A model generated the notes under the pieces. The model was given only the letters and a program-made list of their open reading frames with translations. It was not told the origin of the DNA and did no database searches. A stretch of 64,000 bases of DNA from an uncultured delta proteobacterium (GTDB taxonomy: Bacteria; Myxococcota; B64-G9), in assembly GCA_963754925.1 (NCBI GenBank), contig CAVWHX010000004.1, positions 1,280,001 to 1,344,000 of the forward strand, given 5' to 3'. Below, in pieces: positions 1 through 9,432 of this stretch. Both the position numbers and the translations under genes were made by a program. How positions within the stretch are numbered: position 1 is the stretch's first letter; each line of letters begins with the position of its first letter.

Positions 1-2078
1 ATTGTGTACCGCGTGCTGGGTCGAGAAACCGCGGCAGACGCGGATGAGCAGCGCCGGGTGCTGCGGCGCTTCGATCCGAGCGTTCGGCGGATTACCGGCG
101 AAAGCTTCCACTTCGATTTGAGACCCCTGGGGCTCGCCCCCGGTGAGCAGGTGCAGTTCTATATCGAGGCCAGCGATAACGACAACGTCTTGGGTCCCAA
201 CGTTGGACGATCGGCCACCCGTACCCTGAAGGTATTCTCGGCCGATCAGCAGCATCGTGAACTATTGACCCACCTGATCAAGCTTTGGGAACAGCTGGTC
301 ACCATGCTGGCCGATGAACTGGACGCTCTGCCTGATTCTCGGACGCCGGCTGAGGAACAAACGGCGGATACGGCCGCGGATGCGCGCAGTGCAGACAATC
401 TGAGCGCCTGGTTGACTCAGGCGGGTTCACTGGAGACTGCGCTGCATGCCGATCCGCTTGCCTTCAAGCCGCTTACCGCCGCGCTGACGAACATGCAGTA
501 TGACCTGCGCACCGCACATCGGCACCTTGAAAAGGCGCTGCATAGCGACCAGCGCGCGGATGGTCCGCCGAGTCCGTCCGAACGACGGTTGCTAGCGAGT
601 CTGCGGCGCGAGCGTATCGAACGAATCGAGCGCGATGTATTGTATCTCGAGGATCTTCTTGATCAGGTGCGCCTCGATGACCTCCAGCGCATCGCCTACG
701 ATCTGATGGCGGCCGAAGAACGACTGCACACGATCCTTTCAGATTATTCTCGAGCGCCAAGCGATGCGGCGCGCCGAACGATCGAAGCTGAAATCGCCCG
801 TCTCAAATCTCGCATGACCCAGCTCTTGGCCCGCCAAGCCGAAGTCGTGAAAGGAGTGCGGGACGAGTACCTCAATCCCGAAGCCTTGTCGAAACAATTC
901 CAGGAAAAAGATGTTTTGGCGACGCTCGAGCGTATGCAGCATCTGCTCAACGATGGCAACCTGTCCGAGGCTCTGCTTGAGGTGGAGCGCTTACGGCAAC
1001 AGGTGCAAAACCTGCGTCAGGCCCTTGATCAGTCGCGCGCCACGTATGGATATGGTAAATATGCCGAACTAACCCGCGATGTTACCCGGTTCCAGGCCGA
1101 GCTGGATCATGTTCTCGGCGGGCAGCGGCGTCTGAGCGAGCGGACGCGAGTTTTAAAACAACAGATCCTGCAGCAGGTGCAGCACCGGGGAGCAACGCCG
1201 ATCAAACAGACATTCGAGCAGTTGCGGGAGCGGCTCCGGAAGGTGCTTACGCAGCTCGAGGGTATTCCACCCGAGCCGCTCGAGCAGTTTTGGGGTGCGG
1301 ATCGAGTGTCTGCGATAGACCATGCTCACAACTTGGATAAACTCCTCCAGGCGCTCGATCTAGCAGGCGCGCTGGATGAGGCCGAGGGCCTCGTGATGAC
1401 CAGCAGAAGCTTTGCGCTTGCGTTGTCGTCCCTCGCTGATCACGAGAATCGTCGGGATCCTGCGCAGCGCGTTGCACGCGATGCTCATCGAGAACAGGCC
1501 CAGGCCGCCGCCCGAGACGCGAGTGCGATCTACGATCGGCTGCGCAAGCTCCTGCCCGATCCGGGACAGTTGCTTGATGGCGCAGCGCGCGGCGCGGTTA
1601 AAAAATTGGCCGAGGAGCAAGCCGAACTGCGCGAGCGGATGCAGTCGTTACAGGGGCAGATGAAGCGAACCAACCAGCAGGCGCCGCTCTTTGGAGTGGA
1701 GGTGATGGAAGGGGTTGAGCGCTGCGGCACGGCGATGGATCAAGCGGTTGCTAAGCTTTCTCGGTCCGACCCAGCCGGTGCTTACCCCGCCCAGCGTTCC
1801 GCCATCGCCGAACTTGAGCGCCTCCAAAAGAGCGTGCAGAGCGGCCAGGGCGCCGCATCGGGGGGAATGCCCTTGCCGCTTGGCTCGTTAGCGAGCGGCG
1901 ACGATGCGGGAGGGAGCAGCGGAGACGAGTTAGCCAGGAACCGGTCGAGATCCCCGGACCCGAGGACTTCCACCCGCCCGAGGCGTATCGCAAGGAGCTA
2001 TTGGAAGGGATGAAGGATCCCGTACCGCAGGATTTCCGCGAGCAGGTGCGCCGCTATTATGAGGAGCTCGTTAAATGA
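1..2078 (+). CDS. DUF4175-like long coiled-coil protein (5'-partial; single-base frame break near 1920)
   Basis: N-terminal 'VQFYIEASDNDNVLGPNVGRS' motif, then a helical body. After a frameshift near 1920 the family-typical C-terminus 'EPVEIPGPEDFHPPEAYRKELLEGMKDPVPQDFREQVRRYYEELVK*' ends at TGA 2076-2078, overlapping the next ATG (ATGA). Confidence 0.7.
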
Positions 2079-3835
2079 TGTGGGTTGGCATGAGCGCAAT
2101 CATGAAAACGAACGTACAGCATCCGGATCCTCACGGTGGCCCGCGCCGTGCGCGGGGCGGTGTTCCCGTTTCGAGATGGTGGATACGGATGGTTTGTGCG
2201 TGGACTGGCGTGTTGGTGCTGGGAAGCGCCGAACCGATCGCGCCGCCCGTCGAGACGCAGGTCGAACGTATTCAAACGTTGCTCGAACAATGGCAGTTCG
2301 TTCCGGCGCAGCGCCTCGCCGAGGAACTGCTCAACGCCTATCCCGATATACCGGCGGTTCAGGTGACTGCCGGCTGGGTATTGTTCCACCGCGGCGATCA
2401 GCAAGCGGCCGTCGCGTTGATTGATCGGGCGGCCGCGGCCCTGGGCGAGCAGCTCATGATGAATCCGCGCATTCAACTCGTGCGCGCGACCGCCCAGGCG
2501 ACGCGGGGGTTTGTGCGCACCGTGAGCCCTGGCGGCCAGGTGGAAGTTTGGCGCGCTCCGGGAGTGGATGAGATTCTGGTGCCGGATCTGATCGATGCCG
2601 TCTCGCGCACGGTAGCGGCGGTCGGGGAGGATTTGGGCTATCGAATAGAGCACCCGATCGTGGTGCAGATCGTGCCCAGCAGTGAGGTCTTGGCGGTTCT
2701 CACGGGCCTGACCCAGAAGGAAATTCAGACCAGCGGCACCATCGCGGTCTGTAAGTATGGCCGATTGATGGTTACCTCTCCACGCGCCACCTTGGTGGGG
2801 TATAGCTGGCTGGACACGGTCAGCCACGAGCTCGTGCATATGATCATCTCAGAAAAGACGTACAACCGCACCCCGATCTGGCTGCACGAGGCGCTTGCCA
2901 AGTTTGAGGAGAGCCGTTTTCGGCATGCTGAGCCGCTCTACCGCGAGGGGCTGCCGCCCTATGAGGAGAGCCTGCTGGCCACGGCGGTACGCAGCAATGC
3001 GCTCATTACCTTCGAACAAATGCATCCCTCAATGGCGCTCCTGCCGAGCCAGGAAGCTGTCGCCCTGGCTTTTGCCGAGGTTTTCATGGCGGCCAAATTT
3101 ATCTATGAGCGTGGCGGGTATGCGAAGATGCGCACCTTGTTGTCGGCGCTTGGCAGCGGACTCTCTGACTATCAAGCGCTCGAGCAGGTCTATGGTTTGA
3201 CTCAAAAAGAATTCATGGCCCGCTATCGAGAATGGTTGCGACACCAACCACTTAGACAATTGCGTGCCGATGCGCTCCTCGACCGACGTGAGCCGAGTAA
3301 GGCTGGCGACGCCGTTCACCTTGAACGCTTGCTCACCCGCGCGAATCAGCTTGACCTGCGCGACTTTTTCCATCTCGGGCAATTGCTGCGAGCACAGAAG
3401 CGCTCGCACGCCGGAGCAATAGAATTTCAAAAGGCGGTAGAAAAAGCTGGGCCAAACCACGCCGCTCGGTCGGTGCTTCAGGATAAGCTTGGCCAGGCGC
3501 TACTGGCAAGCGGGCAGATTGACCGGGCGCGGCCTGCTTTTGAGGATAGTCTGCGCAATAATCCTCAGGATCTTGAGGCCCATAGGGGCATGGGCGAAGT
3601 GTTGAAAAAAGATGATCCCTATAAAGCTTTTCTCCATTTAAGAGAGGCGCTTCGTATCAACCCGCTCGATCCCCGTATCCATGCACAACTTGTCGATATC
3701 GCGCAGGTATTGGCTGCGGCGGGCGATGATCATGAGCATTGGCCTGCGCTGGCAGAGCGACACCGCCAGGCTCTTCGGCTGTTAAGCAGTGCGCAACCGG
3801 CGCCCGGCGAACCAGCAACGGTACCGAAAAAATGA
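2075..3835 (+). CDS. Exported peptidase MA-like zinc metalloprotease with TPR repeats
   Basis: HELVH (HExxH) followed by 'PIWLHEALA' (gluzincin third ligand); N-terminal hydrophobic segment; TPR-like helices at both ends. Confidence 0.75.
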   Translation: MMWVGMSAIMKTNVQHPDPHGGPRRARGGVPVSRWWIRMVCAWTGVLVLGSAEPIAPPVETQVERIQTLLEQWQFVPAQRLAEELLNAYPDIPAVQVTAGWVLFHRGDQQAAVALIDRAAAALGEQLMMNPRIQLVRATAQATRGFVRTVSPGGQVEVWRAPGVDEILVPDLIDAVSRTVAAVGEDLGYRIEHPIVVQIVPSSEVLAVLTGLTQKEIQTSGTIAVCKYGRLMVTSPRATLVGYSWLDTVSHELVHMIISEKTYNRTPIWLHEALAKFEESRFRHAEPLYREGLPPYEESLLATAVRSNALITFEQMHPSMALLPSQEAVALAFAEVFMAAKFIYERGGYAKMRTLLSALGSGLSDYQALEQVYGLTQKEFMARYREWLRHQPLRQLRADALLDRREPSKAGDAVHLERLLTRANQLDLRDFFHLGQLLRAQKRSHAGAIEFQKAVEKAGPNHAARSVLQDKLGQALLASGQIDRARPAFEDSLRNNPQDLEAHRGMGEVLKKDDPYKAFLHLREALRINPLDPRIHAQLVDIAQVLAAAGDDHEHWPALAERHRQALRLLSSAQPAPGEPATVPKK

Positions 3836-3932
3836 CGTTTCCTGTCGTTACGGTTTGCTTGTCTGAGGTTGCTTTGGTAAGACCTGATGTTATCAGAACG
3901 TCGAGCGATAGGCGACGGACAGGAGGAACACG

Positions 3933-4964
3933 TTGACCGAAGCATTTTCAAAAGTTTCTGAAAGCACAAACACTCAACCGGCCAGCGATAGGCAGGCAGC
4001 GGCCGAGTTAGCCGCAGCCCATACCCTCATCCGTCAGGAGGTCGGCAAGCGCATTGTCGGTCAGCATGAGGTCATTGAGCTTATGTTGACCTCGCTTTTC
4101 TGTGCTGGCCACTGTCTCCTGGTGGGAGTGCCCGGACTGGCCAAGACGTTGCTCATTTCGACGCTCTCGCGGGTGTTGGATCTTTCTTTCAAGCGCGTTC
4201 AATTCACTCCGGATCTCATGCCGGCTGACATTACCGGCACCGAAGTGTTGGTGGAAAACCGTTCGACCGGCGAACGCGGTTTTCGCTTCATAGCGGGTCC
4301 AATTTTTACCAACCTGCTTCTGGCCGATGAGATCAACCGCACGCCGCCGAAGACCCAAGCGGCGCTTTTGCAATCGATGCAGGAACGTGAGGTGACCGTC
4401 GGGGGCCAGACCTACCGGCTTCCCGATCCGTATCTCGTTTTTGCCACTCAGAACCCGATCGATCAGGAAGGAACCTACCCATTGCCCGAGGCCGAACTCG
4501 ATCGGTTTATGTTTTACATTGGGGTCGATTACCCAACAGCGGACGAGGAAGAGGATATTGTTGAGAACACCACCGGGATGAGCGAGCCCGAGCTCACCAA
4601 GGTTCTCGGGCCCGCCGAGCTGCTTAATTACCAACGCCTGGTGCGTCGTGTGCCGGCCGCGCCTGAGGTTATCCGATACGCTGTTCGACTCGCCCGCGCT
4701 ACACGCCCCAATGAACCCGGCGCGTCTGATTTTATTAAACAGTACGTTGCGTGGGGGGCGGGCCCGCGCGCCAGCCAGTTTCTAATTCTTGGCGCCAAGG
4801 CCCGAGCGTTACTCAATAATCGCTTTTCGGCCAATGCCGAGGATGTGCGGGCACTGGCGGAACCGGTGCTGCGGCACCGTATCATCGCCAGCTTCCATGC
4901 AGAGGTCGGAGCGGTGCGCTCTCGCGATATCGTTGGGCACTTGCTCGATCGGGTTAAACCATAA
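3933..4964 (+). CDS. moxR: MoxR family AAA+ ATPase
   Basis: GVPGLAKT, RVQFTPDLMPADITG, LADEINRTPPKTQAALL, ATQNPIDQEGTYPLPEAELDRF, WGAGPRAS. Confidence 0.95.
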   Translation: MTEAFSKVSESTNTQPASDRQAAAELAAAHTLIRQEVGKRIVGQHEVIELMLTSLFCAGHCLLVGVPGLAKTLLISTLSRVLDLSFKRVQFTPDLMPADITGTEVLVENRSTGERGFRFIAGPIFTNLLLADEINRTPPKTQAALLQSMQEREVTVGGQTYRLPDPYLVFATQNPIDQEGTYPLPEAELDRFMFYIGVDYPTADEEEDIVENTTGMSEPELTKVLGPAELLNYQRLVRRVPAAPEVIRYAVRLARATRPNEPGASDFIKQYVAWGAGPRASQFLILGAKARALLNNRFSANAEDVRALAEPVLRHRIIASFHAEVGAVRSRDIVGHLLDRVKP

Positions 4965-5030
4965 CCCGGAAAACCTCTATCCGAGCAAGCACACGCGTTA
5001 TGGTGGTGGCGGCCGGGATGGTGGATTGCC

Positions 5031-5333
5031 CTAAGGTTGGCTCCCCTTGGCGGACTGAACATAGTGCATGCGAAGATCAAAAAGGATGTTGGTCAGTAAC
5101 TTCGACTCGTCGGGCGTGAGATTGCCTTTCGTTTTGTGTTCGAGCAGTTCGAGCAAGTCGATGGTCTGGCGGGCAAGGCACAAATCGATCGGAGGAGCAC
5201 CCGTGCTCGGCGCACCCGCTTCATTCGCTTGGACGCCGAGTTGCTGTAACCCGGCCGTAAAGAGTGACAGGGTAAACGTAGCGAAGCTTATCGTCTCGCT
5301 ACCGCAGTCCTTTGGTTGCTCGGGCGTGCTCAC
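5031..5333 (-). CDS. DUF1844 domain protein
   Basis: 'LARQTIDLLELLEHKTKGNLTPDESKLLTNILFDLRMHYV' family signature. Confidence 0.85.
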   Translation of the reverse strand: MSTPEQPKDCGSETISFATFTLSLFTAGLQQLGVQANEAGAPSTGAPPIDLCLARQTIDLLELLEHKTKGNLTPDESKLLTNILFDLRMHYVQSAKGSQP

Positions 5334-5536
5334 AAGTCTTCTTCCTCCTCGCCGATACCGCGCAACGGTATTTCATGTCCGACCGATATCATTTCAGACT
5401 CAATCGTGGCGCATTCATCCGTAAGATCTTTGAGCGAGTCTAAATGTTTTTGATATTCCTGTTTGGTGATGATCCCGACCCGCAGGTTTCGATCCAATAT
5501 CCGTTTATCGAATTTCATCTCACCTTTTACCGGCAT
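5330..5536 (-). CDS. Small conserved hypothetical protein with acidic C-terminus
   Basis: 'FDKRILDRNLRVGIITKQEYQKHLDSLKD'; GAGGAGG RBS upstream; stop overlaps the DUF1844 start. Confidence 0.7.
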   Translation of the reverse strand: MPVKGEMKFDKRILDRNLRVGIITKQEYQKHLDSLKDLTDECATIESEMISVGHEIPLRGIGEEEEDL

Positions 5537-5747
5537 TATTTATGTTCCTCCTCTTTTTCTGTCCATAGGTTGTCTTTAGCTAATTTGCTGTTGATTGTCA
5601 AACCGGTCTCTGTCTGCCGTCTGATCTTAACGATGATAGACAGCAACAAAGGGGATGACAAGGGAAATGGAAACGATTGACACCTTAACGATTCTTGGTT
5701 ATCGTAACGTATAGTATTTCCCAAAATTCTCGGACAGGAGGCGAATC

Positions 5748-7583
5748 ATGAGTTTAAGAAACTTGTCGATTTCGTTACTGTTATTGATACTGGCAACAAC
5801 GCCGGCATTTTCAGCCAACCCAGTGCCTACTGATACCGTACCAACCGGCCTCGATATCGAGCGATTTAAACCAGCCCTGGACACCCAGGGGGTGATCCTC
5901 ACCGAGGGCGGTCAGTCTGAGAAGGCCGGAGAGTTCGACCTCGGGCTGTACCTCCACTATTCACACAATCCGTTGGTTACTAAAAGTAGCGACCAATATT
6001 ACAAATCGTTGGTAAATGATCGTTATGCGGGAGAATTGTCGTTTGCCATGGGCATAACCAACTGGCTTGCCATCGGGTTGGCGATACCCGCGACCTTTTA
6101 TCAATCCGGCACTCTTTTGTCGACAGGCTCTCACCAGGATTTTGCACTTTCCTCTGCAGCGCTCGGTGATATCCGGATTGTACCGAAGGTTACCATGCTG
6201 CACGAGAAGGAGTTTGGTATTTCGCTCGCTCTCGTGGTGCCGGTTACGGTTCCTTCCGGGGATGAGCGATCCTTTATGGGTAGTAAGACGGTGACCGGGG
6301 CGCCGACCCTGGCCATCTCGCGACACTTCTTTTCGGATCGGTTGCTGATTGCCGGCAATATTGGCGTCTGGCTGCGGGAAGATGTCAAGTATGGAAATCT
6401 CGATGCCACCCACGAGCTGTTGTATCGACTGGGGTTAGCGGTACGCCTCGTTGATCAATTGAGCGTGTTGGGAGAGATATCCGGGGCATCGAAACTGACC
6501 CAGGTATTCACCAACAAGCCTCAGGAGGTTTACCTCGAGAGCCTCTTTGGGCTTCGCTATAACACGCCCATCGATTTGTGGTTGTTGCTTGGTGGTGCGG
6601 CTGGAATGCAATCTGGCTGGGGCACCCCCAACTGGCGCGGTTTTCTGGGGATAGGGTGGGCGCCGCGTTCACACGATCGGGATGGCGATGGGGTTGAAGA
6701 TTCGGTCGACCGGTGTCCAGACGAAAAGGGCCCGCCCGAGAACCAAGGGTGCCCGTGGCCTGATTCAGACAAAGACGGTATACCCGATAATGTAGACAAG
6801 TGTCCCAACGAGGCAGGGCCGGCCGAAAACGGCGGTTGCCCCTGGCCCGACACTGACGGGGATGGGGTGCCCGACAATGTGGACAAGTGCCCCAATGTGC
6901 CAGGGCCGGCCGAAAACGGTGGTTGCCCCTGGCCCGACACCGACGGGGATGGAGTAACCGATAATGTGGACAAGTGCCCCAACGAACCGGGCCCTAAGGA
7001 AAACGACGGATGCCCCTGGCCCGATGCCGACAAAGATGGTGTGCCTGATATGGTGGACAAGTGCCCCAATGTGCCAGGGCCGGCCGAAAACGACGGTTGC
7101 CCCTGGCCCGACGCTGACGGGGATGGTGTACCTGATTATATGGACAATTGCCCCAACGAGCCCGGTCCCCCGGAGAATCAAGGCTGCCCAATTCAGCGTA
7201 AAGCGCTGGTGATAATCAGGGCCGAGAAGATCGAGATCCTGCAAAAGGTGCACTTCCAAACCGGAAAGGCAATGATTTTAAAAGACTCTTATGCGTTGCT
7301 CGATCAGGTGGCCCAGGTGCTTGCGACCCATGAGAATATAAAACAGGTGCGCATCGAGGGTCACACCGACGCCGTCGGTTCTGACGTATTAAATCTCAAG
7401 CTCAGCCAGGCTCGCGCAGATGCCGTGCGCACGTATCTCATCAAGAAAGGCCTCGCCCCCGAACGGATTGTTTCGGTGGGTTATGGCAAGGCTAAGCCTA
7501 TTGCCAGCAATGCCACAGAAAAGGGTCGCGAAGAAAATCGCCGGGTCGAGTTCATGATTGCAGAGCCGGGAACAGGAACCTAA
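5748..7583 (+). CDS. OmpA family outer-membrane protein with thrombospondin type-3 repeats (TraB-like architecture)
   Basis: Signal peptide, beta-barrel-like N-terminal half, six DxDGDGVPDxxDKCP repeats, C-terminal OmpA_C domain (IEGHTD...LSQARADAV...NRRVEF); AGGAGG RBS. Confidence 0.9.
   Translation: MSLRNLSISLLLLILATTPAFSANPVPTDTVPTGLDIERFKPALDTQGVILTEGGQSEKAGEFDLGLYLHYSHNPLVTKSSDQYYKSLVNDRYAGELSFAMGITNWLAIGLAIPATFYQSGTLLSTGSHQDFALSSAALGDIRIVPKVTMLHEKEFGISLALVVPVTVPSGDERSFMGSKTVTGAPTLAISRHFFSDRLLIAGNIGVWLREDVKYGNLDATHELLYRLGLAVRLVDQLSVLGEISGASKLTQVFTNKPQEVYLESLFGLRYNTPIDLWLLLGGAAGMQSGWGTPNWRGFLGIGWAPRSHDRDGDGVEDSVDRCPDEKGPPENQGCPWPDSDKDGIPDNVDKCPNEAGPAENGGCPWPDTDGDGVPDNVDKCPNVPGPAENGGCPWPDTDGDGVTDNVDKCPNEPGPKENDGCPWPDADKDGVPDMVDKCPNVPGPAENDGCPWPDADGDGVPDYMDNCPNEPGPPENQGCPIQRKALVIIRAEKIEILQKVHFQTGKAMILKDSYALLDQVAQVLATHENIKQVRIEGHTDAVGSDVLNLKLSQARADAVRTYLIKKGLAPERIVSVGYGKAKPIASNATEKGREENRRVEFMIAEPGTGT
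6675..7190 (+). repeat. Six tandem 87-bp (29-aa) coding repeats, TSP3-like Ca2+-binding
   Basis: Units such as DTDGDGVPDNVDKCPNVPGPAENGGCPWP recur every 87 nt. Confidence 0.9.
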
Positions 7584-7598
7584 GAGTATGGCCGCGCG

Positions 7599-7626
7599 GT
7601 AGGGGCGTATTCTCATACGCCCCTAC
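7599..7626. repeat. GTAG-type REP palindrome between convergent genes (possible bidirectional terminator)
   Basis: GTAGGGGCGTAT-tctc-ATACGCCCCTAC is a perfect 12-bp stem with GTAG/CTAC ends. Confidence 0.8.
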
Positions 7627-7682
7627 GACGTTCATCGTGTGTCCGACATCGCGCTGACCGCCGAGGCCAGTCCCTTTGGTTT

Positions 7683-8234
7683 TTATCGATGATCAGAAGG
7701 ATCGAGATAGGGGGCGAGGGTTTCTTTATCAATCAGGGTTGAAACGGCCCGGCCGAGGAGCTCGACCGCTACGATGATGCGCCTGCCGTGGGGGGTGCTT
7801 TTGATCGTTCCAATAACCCCGCGCAGCGGGCCGTCCATTACCTGTATCAACTGGCCCGGTTCAAATGAATTGTGGGGGGCGGTTTCGCTGCCGAAAGCAA
7901 GCAGGGCGCGTATTGACTCGATCTCTCGATCGGGCACCGCAACCGGTTGATGTCGAATCCCGACCATGCAGACAACCGAGGCGGTCTGAAGGATTTGCAG
8001 CCGCAACTCAGGACATAACCGAACATGCACAAAAAGGTAGCCGGGAAAGAGCACTCGTAGAATCTCGCGGTGGCGATCTCTGCGCCGCGATACGGCTCGG
8101 TATTCCGGCAAAAACACCGTAAAACCTTGATGGGTGAGCTCGCGGTTGACCTTGCGCTCATGGCGCGATCGGGTATGAATCGCATACCATGCGTAAGCAG
8201 AGGTGTTCAATTCGCTTGGGGAGACCACGCTCAT
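7683..8234 (-). CDS. NusG-paralogue transcription antiterminator (UpxY/LoaP-like)
   Basis: NGN domain 'WYAIHTRSRHERKV...LFPGYLFV' plus KOW motif 'VMDGPLRGVIG'. Confidence 0.9.
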   Translation of the reverse strand: MSVVSPSELNTSAYAWYAIHTRSRHERKVNRELTHQGFTVFLPEYRAVSRRRDRHREILRVLFPGYLFVHVRLCPELRLQILQTASVVCMVGIRHQPVAVPDREIESIRALLAFGSETAPHNSFEPGQLIQVMDGPLRGVIGTIKSTPHGRRIIVAVELLGRAVSTLIDKETLAPYLDPSDHR

Positions 8235-8262
8235 TCACCAGCCGAACCAGACGAGGCGACCA

Positions 8263-9432
8263 TCAGGCTCGTCTTGCATAGAAAGCGCTAATCGTCTCAA
8301 CCACACGCTCCTGTTGGGTTGGGCTAATCTCCGGATAGAACGGCAAGGCGAGTACCCGCGCAGCGGTTTGTTCGGCAACGGGCAGTGATCCCACACGGTA
8401 GCCGAGATGTTGCAACACCGGCTGCAGATGTAACGGCGTGGGATAGTACACGGCGGTGCCGATACCGGCCCGTTCGAGGTGAACCTTGAGCGCATCGCGC
8501 TCGCGCGCCTGAATGACAAACAGGCTAAAGGAATGCTCCTCGCCATCGCCCGGATCGGGCACTTGTACCGGGCCGTTCTCGCCCTGAACCAGACCGCTCT
8601 CCAAGAAGAGCTGCACGTATACGCGCGCTGCCTTTCGACGCATGAGCAACCACTCGTCCAAACGACGCGACTTAACCTCGAGGACGGCCGCTTGGAGGGT
8701 GTCAAGCCGGAAGTTGCCGCCCACGCAGTCGTACCAATCCCTGCGGGCACCGCCATGTTCGCGAATCTTACGCAGCCGTGTATTTAAGGTATCGTCCGAG
8801 GTAGCGATCAAACCGCCGTCACCCCAGCCGCCGAGGTTCTTGGTCGGAAAAAAACTAAACGCGCCGCACTGCCCGAACGTGCCGCTCGAACGTCCGCGAA
8901 GGCTCGCGCCGAAAGATTGCGCGCAGTCTTCGATAAGCGTGATCCTATGCTGGTCGGTGAGCGTACGTAGTTCATCGACGGCGCACATCCGCCCAAAGAG
9001 GTGCACGGGCAGAATTACCCGAGTGCGGGAGCCGATCAACGCGCGCACCATCTGCGGCTGAATGGTCAGTTGAACGGGGTCAATGTCGGCAAAGACGGGT
9101 CGCAAGTTAAGCCGCAGCAACACCCCCGCAGTCGCGATAAAGGTAAACGGGGTCGTAATGACCTCGTCGCCGGCCCCGAGGTCGAGGGCCATCAATGACA
9201 TCAACAGGGCGTCGGTTCCCGAGGAAACGCCTATGGTATGGGTGGCGCCGAGGTATGAAGCCAACGACGCTTCCAACCGGGACACCTCGGGACCGTTGAT
9301 GAAACGCCCGTGTTCGGCAACCGCCGTTATCGCTGCGAGAGAATCCGCGCGCACCTGCTGGTTGCTCATCGAAAGATCGATAAAGGGGATGGGCGTATCA
9401 GGTGGCGGTGGCGTCGCGGTCTTTTTCGCCAT
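8263..9432 (-). CDS. DegT/DnrJ/EryC1/StrS family PLP aminotransferase (nucleotide-sugar)
   Basis: SSGTDAL, TTPFTFIAT, IEDCAQSFG, FSFFPTKNLG..GDGG. Start placed at ATG 9432 (MAKKT). Confidence 0.92.
   Translation of the reverse strand: MAKKTATPPPPDTPIPFIDLSMSNQQVRADSLAAITAVAEHGRFINGPEVSRLEASLASYLGATHTIGVSSGTDALLMSLMALDLGAGDEVITTPFTFIATAGVLLRLNLRPVFADIDPVQLTIQPQMVRALIGSRTRVILPVHLFGRMCAVDELRTLTDQHRITLIEDCAQSFGASLRGRSSGTFGQCGAFSFFPTKNLGGWGDGGLIATSDDTLNTRLRKIREHGGARRDWYDCVGGNFRLDTLQAAVLEVKSRRLDEWLLMRRKAARVYVQLFLESGLVQGENGPVQVPDPGDGEEHSFSLFVIQARERDALKVHLERAGIGTAVYYPTPLHLQPVLQHLGYRVGSLPVAEQTAARVLALPFYPEISPTQQERVVETISAFYARRA

Noticed and set aside
6557..7259. Repetitive antisense ORFs (170 and 164 aa)
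   Set aside because: They are shadows of the TSP3 tandem repeats on the opposite strand.
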